Assembly: GCA_043228905.1 (NCBI GenBank)
Contig: JBHGNT010000015.1
Span: 15,066,001-15,130,000 of the forward strand
Source: Azolla caroliniana
Taxonomy: Eukaryota; Plantae; Polypodiophyta
Length of the DNA: 64,000 nt
Direction of reading: 5' to 3'
Positions 8,001 through 18,930 of the stretch are shown one piece after another (position 1 is the stretch's first letter; each line of letters begins with the position of its first letter). The notes under the pieces were generated by a model. It did no database searches, was not told where the DNA came from, and saw only the letters and a program-made list of their open reading frames with translations. The translations under genes were made by a program, and so were the position numbers.

Positions 8001-10993
8001 CTCACCCCGCGCAAGGAACCGAGGAAACGGTTCACACGCAAAGAGAAGGGGAAGAGGAAGATGCCGGAATTCGAAACCGGCAACGATGAGTCTGATTGGT
8101 GCGTATCCGACTCCGGAAAGGAGAAAGGCGGATCTTCGGCAACGAAGACCGAACTGGCCAAGAAGGGCCTCAAATCAGGTGACGGTGCGTTGCGCCGATC
8201 AACCCGCCAGAAGGATCCCGTCATGCGGTACGGGTACAATGAATACATGGCGCATCATTATGCGTACATGACGAAAGTGACAGAAGTGCGTGAGCCGGAG
8301 AGCTACGCAGAAGCGGCAAAGGACGCAAATTGGCGTGCCGCTATGGACGAAGAAATGCGGGCACTCGATGCCAACGAAACTTGGGACCTAGTTGATCCTC
8401 CCCCTCACTGTAAACCGATCGGATGCAAGTGGGTATACAAGGTCAAGTACAACGCCGACAGTTCTGTTAACCGGTACAAAGCTCGATTAGTGGCGAAGGG
8501 TTACGCGCAGACCCACAGAATCGACTACGACGAGACCTTCGCTCCTGTGGCGAAGATGACGACGGTTCGTGTGGTACTGGCGGTTGCTGCGGCAAGGGGG
8601 TGGCATCTTCACCAGATGGATGTGAAGAACGCCTTCCTTCAAGGAGAGCTTGAAGAAGAAGTCTTTATGACTCAGCCCCCCAGATTTCAATCGGAGATGA
8701 ACAAGTCAGCGGTATGCCGACTGAAGAAGTCGCTTTACGGCTTGAAGCAAGCCCCCCGAGCTTGGAACGCGAAGATCACGCACCGGTTGCGTAAGCTGGG
8801 GTTTGTTGTCTCTAAGTCAGACTCTTCGTTGTTCATCCGGCAAGGCTCGGACGGTCCGGTATGTATACTCTTGTATGTGGATGATTTAGTCATCACCGGA
8901 CCGGGTCTTCCCAAAATCAACCGCGTCAAGTCCCAGTTGTCGGACGCATTCGAAATGAAGGACCTGGGGGACCTTCATTATTTTCTTGGGATCGAAGTGA
9001 TCCGAACCCCCGATGGCATATTGCTCTCACAACGATATTACGTGTTGAATATGTTGTATAAGTTCGGCATGACGGATTGCCGACCTATCTCCACACCCCT
9101 AGACCGGAACCAGAAGCTCCGTCCCAACTCCGGACCAGCCTGCAATGAGAAACGGTTCCGACAGGTTGTCGGAAGCCTGATCTACTTAACCATCACCCGA
9201 CCCGACATTAGCTATCCGGTCGGCATGGTAAGCCAGTTCATGCAGAAGCCGACCGTGGAGCACCTTCAGTGCGCGCAACGAATATTACGGTATGTCAGCG
9301 GCACTAAGGACCGGGGACTGCTATACCGGCGAGGTATACCCGAAGAGCTTGTCGGTTACACAAATGCTGACTGGGCCGGCGATGCGTCTGATCGCCGCTC
9401 CACTTCTGGATACATGTTCTCCATAGGTAGCGCGGCCGTTGCGTGGAGCAGCAAGAAGCAGCCCACAGTGGCTTTGTCAAGCACTGAGGCTGAGTACCGG
9501 GCCGCTACCGTTGCCACTTGTGAAGCCATCTGGCTTCGGCGACTGCTGCGAGACTTGCGGATCGAGGTACCGACCTCAATCCCGATTTACTGCGATAACA
9601 TGAGCATCCTGCAACTCGCCAGGAACCCTGTGTTCCATGCTCGCACAAAGCAGATCGAGGTGCACTACCACTTCGTGCGTGAGCGGGTCTTGAGCGGTGA
9701 AGTTGACCTACGGTATGTTCATACGGATCGGCAAGTTGCCGACATCTTCACCAAGCCGCTCGGATCGGACAAGTTGCAGCACTTTACCGACATGCTTGGT
9801 ATTCAGCATCTCGACGTGCTGCACTTGAGGGGGAGAAGCAAGGGCAAAGTCTCTACCGAAACGGGCAAAGGCCAAAAAACTGTCGAACCCGTCGGTAAGA
9901 GGAGAGCCGGAAGAAGAGGAGACAAGAAGATGAAGGAAGCCGAGTCGACGAAGGAAGTCGACACATCCGAACAGGTCGGAGCAAGCGGCTGTGAAGAAGA
10001 GTTGTGCACTCAGGAAGAGAAGTGCATGTTGTGCGGAGGTCATCACGACGGTACTGACCATGATGCGGAGTCGAATGAAGAATTCGATTTTAGTTCACCG
10101 GCTGAAGAAGCCGAGGGAAGCATGGAGAAGGCCAAGACTCGGAAGTGGTCCGATGTGGTGAGAGGCCTGAAGCCGGAAGTCGAATCGGAGTATACCGATT
10201 CGGACAAGAGCTGGAACGAGTCGGAGACAGTTGACTCAGATCAACAGATGGATCCGGATGAGTCGGATCGACTGAAGGCCAAGGGGACACGGACACAGCG
10301 GAAGTCGATGCCATCGTGGGAGAACCGACGGATCGGCAAGCGCTGGAGCCACAGCAACGAGAGTGCTGAGATGGGCCTATTGAGAAGACATGCCCACCGA
10401 GAGGGTCGAGGCGCGCAGAACCAAAGGGGTCGCGGAAAACAGGACCGGACCGGACGAGGAGCGCGAGCAAGGCGGAGTGACGCCAGGAGAAGTCGGTTGG
10501 AAGAACCGACTACCACAGAGGTCGACACTACGACCCCACCTCAGGTTGACCTTGAGGGGGAGTGTTGAGCGGCAAGCTCAACCGAAGCCGGATCGGCTGA
10601 ATAAGCCGGATCGGCTGAATAAGCCGGAGCCGGTAAGCGAGACGGATCGGGCGAAACGGATCGGTATGACGGTGAGCAACCGAGCCGGCAAGCAGTGGAG
10701 GCCGGGTGCAATCCGTAACCGAAAGTCCAATCGGAAGCCTAGTATAGGATAGACTACTAGGTAGCTATAGTCTCGTAGTAAGTGTCAGATGCTCGTGTGA
10801 GCATTGAAGTACATGGTACTTCTGTCAGTCCCAAGAGGACTTGTATAAATAGTGCTACTTAGCACAGTGTGTGTACAGAGTCGTGATATAATTTTGAAAT
10901 TGTGTTCTGCTCTCTCTGTCTCTCTCGCTCTCTCTCTCTCCCTCTCTATGTGTTGTTCTCTGTTTTACGCTTCCGCAAACACTTACGTTTACA
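5037..10993 (+). mobile_element. Full-length Ty1/copia LTR retrotransposon (family A)
   Basis: TG...CA LTRs 5037-5449 and 10563-10993 (about 4 substitutions plus an 18-bp duplication); TSD ACATG at 5032-5036 and 10994-10998; PBS TGGTATCAGAGC (iMet) 5450-5461; PPT 10551-10562. Confidence 0.97.
5544..10568 (+). CDS. Copia Gag-Pol polyprotein with long C-terminal extension
   Basis: Zinc knuckle CWYCGKKGH..C, protease WYVDSGAS, integrase HHCC and HSDVWGP, RT LLYVDDL, RNase H SSTEAEY...ADIFTKPL. Stop codon lies inside the 3' LTR. Probable start ATG 5544 after the PBS. Confidence 0.92.
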   Translation: MDRGMATSLPVEKLDRSNYASWSYKMHQYLLGQGYWSYVEGANDAAPDSAHKDFPVWEQAASRVMYCFASSVGDQLLNHICDAKTPKDAWGNLKKVFAASTTARKLQLRHELSNVRQKNMFVADYTGRIKEICDSLASINVTVEEDEMVQVCLGGLASKFGAFRTAVCTRENTPSFFDLQSMLLVEENHAGASNSASPGSQMLYTGMDRLCGRGGRGGSARNGGGRQEQERRHYERADSSSGTSTSRGSQGGAGGRQDKSATECWYCGKKGHRESKCWRKRSDSDKSGSIKTGKDGRQNSHYANGSGGSGTGKAGKGPALVMNHKANSMKKTTSKTEEVWYVDSGASNHMTSHKEWFSFLEKPDQPRVVETGDDTPHRIVHVGEVPLSHVGQKGKLMNVLHILTITKSLVSVGQIVDQGMQVRFTHLGCFIEDEGEVIAQGRRDGRMFILNTNDFGTALFTKQQKVESDIDLWHKRIGHVNYRRLQDLQTKQVIFGLPKFSGRRAEICEACQLGKQHRLPFPAEQNRSRNKLDLIHSDVWGPAQSVSLGGSRYFVSFIDDYTRHTWIYLVERKSEVFDCFRSLQKMVERESERKIKCLRSNGGKEYFSGQFTSYLQQKGIRREFSCKYTPEQNGVAERKNRTLVEAARAMPRFYWAEAVQTAVYIQNRIGDKVSTHELYFGRKPNLRHLRIFGSIAYVHVPDQKRRKLDAKSEKCILVGYAQEQKGYKCYNPPTKEVRVSRDVEFDESASWYSISTPTSDPDPMPEDQASEPESALAEDDEARTHDESPESLRLSGLNERLSRLDQSDEETASGGDSAVLTPRKEPRKRFTRKEKGKRKMPEFETGNDESDWCVSDSGKEKGGSSATKTELAKKGLKSGDGALRRSTRQKDPVMRYGYNEYMAHHYAYMTKVTEVREPESYAEAAKDANWRAAMDEEMRALDANETWDLVDPPPHCKPIGCKWVYKVKYNADSSVNRYKARLVAKGYAQTHRIDYDETFAPVAKMTTVRVVLAVAAARGWHLHQMDVKNAFLQGELEEEVFMTQPPRFQSEMNKSAVCRLKKSLYGLKQAPRAWNAKITHRLRKLGFVVSKSDSSLFIRQGSDGPVCILLYVDDLVITGPGLPKINRVKSQLSDAFEMKDLGDLHYFLGIEVIRTPDGILLSQRYYVLNMLYKFGMTDCRPISTPLDRNQKLRPNSGPACNEKRFRQVVGSLIYLTITRPDISYPVGMVSQFMQKPTVEHLQCAQRILRYVSGTKDRGLLYRRGIPEELVGYTNADWAGDASDRRSTSGYMFSIGSAAVAWSSKKQPTVALSSTEAEYRAATVATCEAIWLRRLLRDLRIEVPTSIPIYCDNMSILQLARNPVFHARTKQIEVHYHFVRERVLSGEVDLRYVHTDRQVADIFTKPLGSDKLQHFTDMLGIQHLDVLHLRGRSKGKVSTETGKGQKTVEPVGKRRAGRRGDKKMKEAESTKEVDTSEQVGASGCEEELCTQEEKCMLCGGHHDGTDHDAESNEEFDFSSPAEEAEGSMEKAKTRKWSDVVRGLKPEVESEYTDSDKSWNESETVDSDQQMDPDESDRLKAKGTRTQRKSMPSWENRRIGKRWSHSNESAEMGLLRRHAHREGRGAQNQRGRGKQDRTGRGARARRSDARRSRLEEPTTTEVDTTTPPQVDLEGEC

Positions 10994-10998
10994 ACATG

Positions 10999-11990
10999 TA
11001 CTTTACATCTTCCGATAATTACCGATTTAGTATATAGATACAACACCAAGTACAATATAGTGTGTTCATGGAGAACACTCAACATTGATTAATAGATAAT
11101 TAGTACAAACTCTTCAATCTAGGACAGTACTATGAGTAGTAGACATGTACTTTACATCCTTCGATAATTACTTCTTTAGTACAGATACAACACATAGTAC
11201 AATACAGTGTCCATGGAAAACCCTCAACATGGATTAAAAGATAATTAGTACAATTCTCTTAAGGACGGTCAATACTATGAGTACAAGTTGAGTAAATACT
11301 AATTTAGTACAGATACAACACACAACATAGTACAATGTGTCAATGGAGAACACTTCACATGGATTAAAAGATGATTAGTACAATTCTCTTAAGGACGGAC
11401 AATACTGTGAGTACAAGACGAGTACTGTACATCCTTCAGTAAATATTGATTTAGTACAAATACAACATACAACATAGTACAATGTGTCTATGGAGAACAC
11501 TTCACATGGATTAAAAGATAATTAGTACAATTCTCTTAAGGATGGGTCACAATACTATGAGTACAAGACGAGTACTTTACATCCTTCTGTAACACAACAT
11601 AGTACAGATACAACACACAACATAGTACAATGTGTCTATGGAGAACACTTCACATGGATTAAAAGATAATTAGTACAATTCTCTTAAGGATGGGTCACAA
11701 TACTATGAGTACAAGACGAGTACTTTACATCCTTCTGTAACACAACATAGTACAGATACAACACACAACATAGTACAATGTGTCTATGGAGAACACTTCA
11801 CATGCATTAAAGATAATTAGTACAATTCTCTTAAGGACGGACAATACTATAGAGTACAATACGAGTACTTTACATTCTTTAGTAAATACTGATTTAGTAA
11901 AGATACAACACACAACATAGTACACTTTGTCTATGGAGAACACTTCACATGGATTAAAAGATAATAAACACAGATTCACGTGACAGGATA
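10999..11990. repeat. Right part of ~147-bp intronic tandem array
   Basis: GGAGAACACTTCACATG anchor at about 11345, 11492, 11640, 11788 and 11935 (spacing 147-148); more diverged units at about 11070 and 11215. Confidence 0.9.
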
Positions 11991-14022
11991 GTACTATTTG
12001 ATCAATCAAGAACATTTAACTTAGTTACAAACAAAATTAGTATGCATGCATCCATGTGAATAGTGTTGTGTTCGAATAGTTACAAACATAATTAGTATGC
12101 ATCCATGTGAATAGTACTGTGTGTGAATAGTTATAAACATAATTAGTATGCATGCACTAACACAAGAACTACTTCCTTACACATTGCATGATAAGTACTA
12201 AACATATGGATTAAAAATTACCTGGCGATAAAGTAGAACGATCATGCCGCCTTAAACTGCGAGGCAGCACCATCAGACCAAACCCAATGACGGTTAAAGG
12301 TTAACCCTAGAGACAATAAATCTGCATGGTGAAGCTTAAAACAATGTTGAACAAATAGTGTATCATGCTTTTTATCATCTGAAATGTAAAATATTGATTT
12401 CTTATGTAACTCACCGTCTTGCCTCCAATAGCAAATATGTACAAGTATTGTACATTGATCATTGTACCAATGCATTGATTGAACCTCATTTTGAACTTTA
12501 AATGTATAGTTTTCTGCAAAGTCAATAACGGATACGATGACACCCGTTGGTAAGTTATTAATATATTCCTTGACTTGTGAATTTTGCCGATAACTCCGGA
12601 AGTTATGTGGAATGAACTCCCCAAGTTGTTTCTTAAATTCTGAGACAAGGGTAGCAGCACATGTCTCCTTATATACTTCCTTGATACGATTAGTTACAAG
12701 TCCCTTGCCAATATTTTCAGTCACATACTCTAAATATTTCCATTTCACGATATGAGTGTTTCCCAAATCAAGCTCCTGCCTACAAAATAATGGTAGTGGA
12801 CAAACCTTACATGTTCTTAATAGACATGTACGACGATGTCACTCACATGATGGTTCTTTTTCACAAACACAAGACCTCCATAGCTCAGAAACGGATGCAT
12901 AAGTCATGTTTCGTGCATTACACCTATTATCCTCCCCATTTGGTCTACAAACCTCACAAGTGCAGACACATAATTCCCCGTGTATACCCTTAGAATTAGT
13001 ACGCATTGCATTCACTCCTAGCCTTAACATTTCCATCTTCACATGGTACACACAACAACATGTATTCCTCTCATTTAATTTTCTAACATAAAATGGTTTC
13101 AAACCTTGGAACTTGTGGAATCCAACAGTCAAGCTTGGATGTTGGTCTTTAAAGTTCATGTACAATTCAGCCTACATCAACCAATATATATAGCAAACAT
13201 TAATATACACTTGGTCAAAACACAAATTTATGGAATGTGAATTGATATAAAAAAATGGAATACCTCTTTCATCTCCAAGAAGTGTCTAGGGTGAATCTGG
13301 TACTTACCCTGACTTCTTCGTTGTCTACACATGTCCTTCTTATTTGGTGAGACACGCGTATTTTTGGCCCAAAATGAATCCACTTTCTCAATAATCTCTT
13401 GAGATAAGGCATCGCATCGTCGTCTACGTCCCAACCCCAGCCACTTGAATTGGCTTGAGTGTATATTTCGGCGATGTTTCCTCAAGTTCCTTCTTTGAAT
13501 ACCCAGGGCTAAGGCAACTTTAGTATCACTATATTTTTTTTCTCTCGCACCGTTCACAACCATGTGTAGGGTTGCCCTCTTTGCAGCAAGTTTGTCTATG
13601 CTCTCTACACCTTTCAGTAAGTCTAGGGATGACTTCATAAACTCTACAATCTCTTCTGAAACACATTGGTTCCTAAATTTTATTCTCTCCATGTCTTCAT
13701 TCAAACGTTGATGGTGTAACACTCTACATATAATATCCCTACGATCCTCTTCACTAAATCTCTTCGTTATTTCAATCAAATAACGGACTATGTGAAGAAC
13801 CACCCGTCTCTTGGTCCTTTCAGATATACATGACTTACTTGACAACTCACTCTCGTTGGGGACCCCCATTTGGTCACTAGATTTATCCAAAAAAATTAAG
13901 TGTCCGGCGAGAGTAGTTAATGTTATATAGACTACACTAAGAAAACACAGTCAAATGTTTTTAAATGTGGCCTGCAAAGTGAGAAATAATTTGTTTCGAA
14001 CATTAGAATTACGAATCAAATA

Positions 14023-14360
14023 TGACAATTGTAAAATCTAAAAATTTAGTACTGAAAAATGAAGAAATGAAAAATTTTAGTCCTGAAAATAAAAAAATGG
14101 ATGGAAGGAACCTCCGATGGTGGCGGGAGCGTTGATTCAGTGTGATATGCTACCTCGATTTGCTGGAAGGAACCTCCCATGGTGGAAGCACGACGTACAA
14201 TTTGACAATTGTAAAATCTAAAAATTTAGTATTGAAAAATGAAGAAATGAAAAATTTTAGTCCTAAAAATAAAAAATTGGATGCAAGGAACCTCCAATGG
14301 TGGCGGGAGCGTTGATTCTGTGTGATATGCCACCTCGATTTGCTAGAAAGAACCTCCAAT
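14023..14360. repeat. 180-bp tandem duplication in the Sola 5' region
   Basis: TGACAATTGTAAAATCTAAAAATTTAGTA...GATTTGCT occurs at about 14023 and again at about 14203. Confidence 0.85.
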
Positions 14361-14977
14361 GGTGGAGGGCGCCTTGAATCTTTGTGATATGCCACCTGGA
14401 TTCGGTGGAAGGATCCTCGCCTAGATGGAAAAAGCCCCAAATCACCACGACATAAACTACAATCGGTGGAAGTAAGAAAGTCGTTGTCGAAGAAGTCACT
14501 ATTGGCTGTTATAAGAGGCCTCAGAACAGTCTTTGTTCCTCAACCTAAACCCTAACAAAAATAGAAACCCTAAAAAAACCAGAAATCCTTAACTCAAAAG
14601 CTTCAACTGACATGGATGTCTGAGATTTGCTCCCTAACCCCTAACAAAACTCTTAGATTGGAGGAAAAGCCGAAACGTGACATGGATGTCTGAGATGAAG
14701 AGCTCAGAGGTATAGAGGAAGAGGAGTATGAGGGGAAGCGCCAAAAACAACGTGAGGGGAAAATAACCCCCAAAATGGAAAGAACATCTCCTCACGTGTT
14801 CCCCCCACTCCTTGTAGTAAATGACACTTGTACTATAGTCACCCCACTCTCCAAAATCGATTTTTTTTTCTCTGAGTTTTTTTTCTGAATTATTCAGTAC
14901 TAACAGTATCAAAAGTACTGACAATTTTTGTGGCCAAAAACAGTACTTTTCTGGTACACCGTAGCGTGCTTCCACCC

Positions 14978-16532
14978 AGGACATGCTTCGAGCATACGTT
15001 GGTACAAAACCAACAAAATGGGAATGTTATCTCCCAATTTTGGAGTTTGCTTATAACAGCTCCAAGCATACATCGACGGGATATAGTCCTTTTATGTTGA
15101 TGTATCAGCCACGAGCCCCGATTGATGTTAATATACATCATGATGAGTTGCGAAGTACGCAAAACTTTCTTCGGGATATGCAAGATATGTTGCATATTGC
15201 ACGAGATAATATAAAAACAACTCAAGGGAGAGCGCATTTTTATGGCGATCATCATAGGCAACCTCGTGTATTCCACCCTAGACAGAAGGTATTTTTACGT
15301 GTACCTCACAATTCTAAGACATTGTCTAAGGGTAAGTGCACTAAGTTAGCCCCACGGTTTTGTGGACCTTTAACAGTCCTCAAACGCATTGGGTCATCAG
15401 CCTATCGTCTCGCTCTTCCCGATGGTGTTGAAATTCATCCAGTTTTTCATGTGAGTCGTCTAAAAGAACTTCTAGGTTCTGGCGACATTATAGTTACAAC
15501 TAAAACTCTAGTTACTTCTGAAGAATTATCTTCTAAACCACATGTACCAGAAATAAGTGTCGATGTTAAAACAAAAAAATTACGTACTAAAGAAATCCAA
15601 GAATTTAAAATAAAATGGATGGATAAATCAATAAAAGATGCCACATGGGAACACGAAAATACTCTTTCCATTGCAAGATTGCAATGTTTTAAAGGGGAGT
15701 ATGTTACGGGCATGACCATATAATATCCCATGATGAGAATTTGTCGTAGTATTCTAGCCACGTGGATAAGTGTGAGGGTTAAAAGAGAGTGTAAAGAAGG
15801 GGAGGATTACTTTTAATCCTCGGGATTTGTTACCCGTAAGAATATACGGGGAGGCATAAGGGTATGTGTAATGATGTGCTTGATGTGTATGTGTAAAGTA
15901 AATGAGTGTGTGAGGATGAGTATGTGTATGGACACATGCATAATTATGTGCATGTGTACAAGAATGTGTAACGGTCTTATTTATAACAGTCATGTAACCG
16001 TTACATTGGATGTATTATATAAACCCCCTATGGGGTGTGTAATGAGATAACCTTTTTTCCCCTCTCACATTTGTGTCATTTTCTATTTGTCTTTCTCTCT
16101 TGCTCTCTCTCTAACGTAACCCCCTTGGGAGGAGGGTGAAGCCATTCTAGGTTTCACCCCCCACCCCAACAACAGGATTGAGACAACCCATTAGGCCAAG
16201 TGTGAACTTGCCTGGGGGCCTTGGGTATCGCTATAAATAAGAGGCCTAGCTACCCTCATTTCATCATCTTTTGACTACATCGAGACTCTGTTTCGTGGTG
16301 GTTCAACTGTTGTAGTGAGCACGCCAGCACCAAGTACGACTCGACGCCACGGCGGTGGTATGGGATGTCGATCGAGGCTCGAGTCCGTCTCGATCCCTTC
16401 GCTCGGGCGTGGTCGGGTGGATCGGCACCCTTCTTTCTCTCTCTCCTTTCTATCTATCTATCTATCATTCTTTTATCCTTATCATATGCTTACATTAGGG
16501 CATATCTCTAATAAGGGTTGTATTAGATGACA
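14978..16532 (+). mobile_element. Chromovirus (Ty3/gypsy) 3' remnant: integrase C-terminus with chromodomain, PPT and 3' LTR
   Basis: DMLRAYV...YNSSKHTSTGYSPF, KLAPRFCGP, HPVFHVSRLK, chromodomain FKIKW...DATWE; PPT AAAGGGGAG 15691-15699; LTR TGTTAC from 15702, probable end ATGACA 16532. Confidence 0.85.
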
Positions 16533-18930
16533 TTCAGATTAAATACTCTACGTGCGTAAAGAATTCTTATACCAATACCAAATACCATGAAAGGTATGTT
16601 TGTCATTGTTGAGGAGACTCAAAAGGGGGTAGCAAATACATTCGTCGATGTAAGACTGCCAAACAATGTGGATGCACTTTTCGTGTTGATGTTAAAAGGT
16701 CAATTGGAGACTGAAAACAAGCAACCATCTCTGTATATGCCCAACACAAAGGCCATGATCTAAGTGCACCACATGAGGTATATCATTTAAAGTTGCATCC
16801 AAATGACATAAAATGTTGTATGGAGGATCTTTTTTATGTTAGATGTGCGAGGCACGTAGCAAGGATAAGCAGGAGAAAAGCTATAATTACACTTTTTGAG
16901 AGAGTCATGTTTAGGTTTTTTATGCTTACAAAGGAGGTTCAAAATATAGCTAGCAAGTTAAATGTTAAAAAAGTTATAGCCTAGATGATTGGACTACGAT
17001 GATACGAGAAGCATATGCATTGAAGGAACGAGGTAAAGTAGTTTATGTTCAACCGTATATTCTTACAAAGTAGGGTTTTGTTTTGATAATGCAAGATCAA
17101 TGGATGTACCACATGTGTATGCGCTAATCAAAGAATAATGTTTGGGCAATTGATTCTACGTTCAAGTCTAATGAATTTGAATTGCCTTTATATGTTGTCG
17201 TTGCTCCAAATGAGCAAGGGGTTGGCATCCCATTGCGGTACATGCTTTACACCAATGATGCAGGATCTCATCAAGAACAACTTGCATTGGAAATGACACT
17301 AAAGTTTATATTTGAGAGAATGGAAGGTGTTCGACCTAATGCCTTGGTAATAGACAAGTGTTGGGTAGAATACATTGCTTTGAAAAATGTTATTACAACT
17401 TATCATATTGTTGGGAGATGGTGAATGGTAGAAGGCAACAAACAGCTTGCAAAATATTGCTTTGGTGGTTCCATGTGAAGAAGGCTTGGGTTGACCATCT
17501 ATTGCCAAAAGTTAATGGCATGGAAAGAGACAAATTATATTATTGCATGTGCAAGCTCATGGATTGTAATAAAGAGGAAGAATTTAATCATGTATATGTT
17601 GAAATTATGGAAGATTACAAAGACCAGAAACAAGTTTGCATTTACATAAAAATTTGTTAGTGTAACTTGACATGGAGAAATACTTGGCCCAAGTTTGGAA
17701 GAATGTTTTCATATGGCCATGTCGACACTACAAATATTGTAGAGAGGCATTGGCAATACATTAAGTACACTGCATTTAAAGGAAGAATCAATCGATCTAT
17801 AACTGAATTGGTACATGCATTGATAGGAGATAGTGTGATATGGACATGGATGGGTGGTACCGTTCTCGAATGGTTTAAGCAAAAGCAAGAATTAAGTGAA
17901 AGTGGAAGATTCTTGCCTTGAGTAAATTGTAAGGAAGAGGCTAATAGAATGAGAGAGGCAGAAAGGATAATTGACAGATATGCCACAAATGCAACAACTA
18001 TTCAGGTAATGGATGAGACAAGATTGCACTTTAGAGTTTTAAGCATGTCAAAGGACAATACATGGTATAATATATATTTTCAATGTTCTTTTTGTGATTG
18101 CTTAGATTATGCATGTAAATGCAAGCACTTTATGGGTATTAAATTTTTTATTGAACAACACATGCCTCACTCACGAAAAGAGCTACATTTGATTGATGAT
18201 GTATTAGAAATGCGTGGTCAAGAGAAATGTGTTGATGCAAATGTCGACTTTGAGGGTGGCCATGATGAGTCAATATTTGCAGCTATTTCCCTTGTTAAGG
18301 AAACTTTGAGCAATTTTGAAGAGGCTCTACATTCTATCACTAAATCCAATGTTGATGTCACTAAGGAAAGAATGTTTACATTCTCTCATCAATTGAGGTT
18401 TGTTATTTCCCCTCCGATGCTAGATCAACCTCAAAATGGGAGTATTAGCAATTTGCAACAAAATGTAAAGGAGAACCCCTCCGGTAATTCAGTGCCCATT
18501 GTTAGCTTTGTAGTACCGTTTGAAGATATCGAGGTAGCTCCTATCAAGAAGGATAAGGGTACAAGAAGGAACGGGTGTGGCATACAAGGATGTCAAAAGC
18601 AATTTCGTCTACCGAGACGTACCAAGATTCAATTATATGCATTGTAATTCTTGGTTGCTAATATTGGCTAAAAACCAAACATCACATTGCAATCATTGTG
18701 ATAGCATGTTGCCCTTAAATCATAATCATAGTTATATCTCGATTGCTATGAAAACTTTGAAGGGCCAACGTATATTGATTAATGATGGGGTAGAGTGCAT
18801 AATAAGTGCTACAATTGTTGATGTTCATTACCCAGATGTTGTGGGAGAACGATGGTTCACAGTAATAAATAGCGGTGGAGTATCTATCACTAATATTTAT
18901 GCTTCAAAAGTTAAAATTATTGCAACATAG
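16533..18930 (+). pseudogene. Mutator-like (MULE) transposase with SWIM zinc finger, degraded
   Basis: AIDSTFKSN..LPLY, ALVIDKC..E, WFHVKKAW, TTNIVERHW..IKY, SWIM FCDCLDYACKCKH; several stops and frameshifts. Confidence 0.8.

Larger units (their letters stand above)
3574..13890 (-). pseudogene. Sola2-like DDD transposase pseudogene, 3 exons (~13890-13264, 13171-12222, 4459-3574)
   Basis: Motifs DFAENY..QSMHW, SDDKKHD, WSDGAASQFK, WNYFGSGHGKGEHDGAGAVIKR; Cys-rich CCCVYH and CFCFMC. GT donors at 13263 and 12221; AG acceptor at 13172; second acceptor appears mutated (CAA). In-frame stops at probable W/R/Q codons. Confidence 0.8.
1980..14977 (-). mobile_element. Sola2-like DNA transposon (left end outside window; contains copia insertion)
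   Basis: Transposase motifs as in the next entry. The right terminus reads 5'-GGGTGG on the minus strand (GRG as in Sola2) exactly where gypsy integrase codons (AG GAC ATG, E-D-M) resume at 14978. Subterminal 10-bp inverted repeat AAAAGTACTG/CAGTACTTTT at 14911-14950. Confidence 0.7.

Noticed and set aside
5445-10752. Numerous overlapping or antisense ORFs in GC-rich retroelements (also 43000-55700)
   Set aside because: Expected shadow ORFs of GC-rich coding sequence with no recognisable motifs.
12790-12846. Small intron in the Sola transposase (GTGAGT...TAG)
   Set aside because: The sequence reads in frame as a Cys-containing segment (W>stop HRRTCLLRTCKVC), so a nonsense mutation is the simpler explanation.
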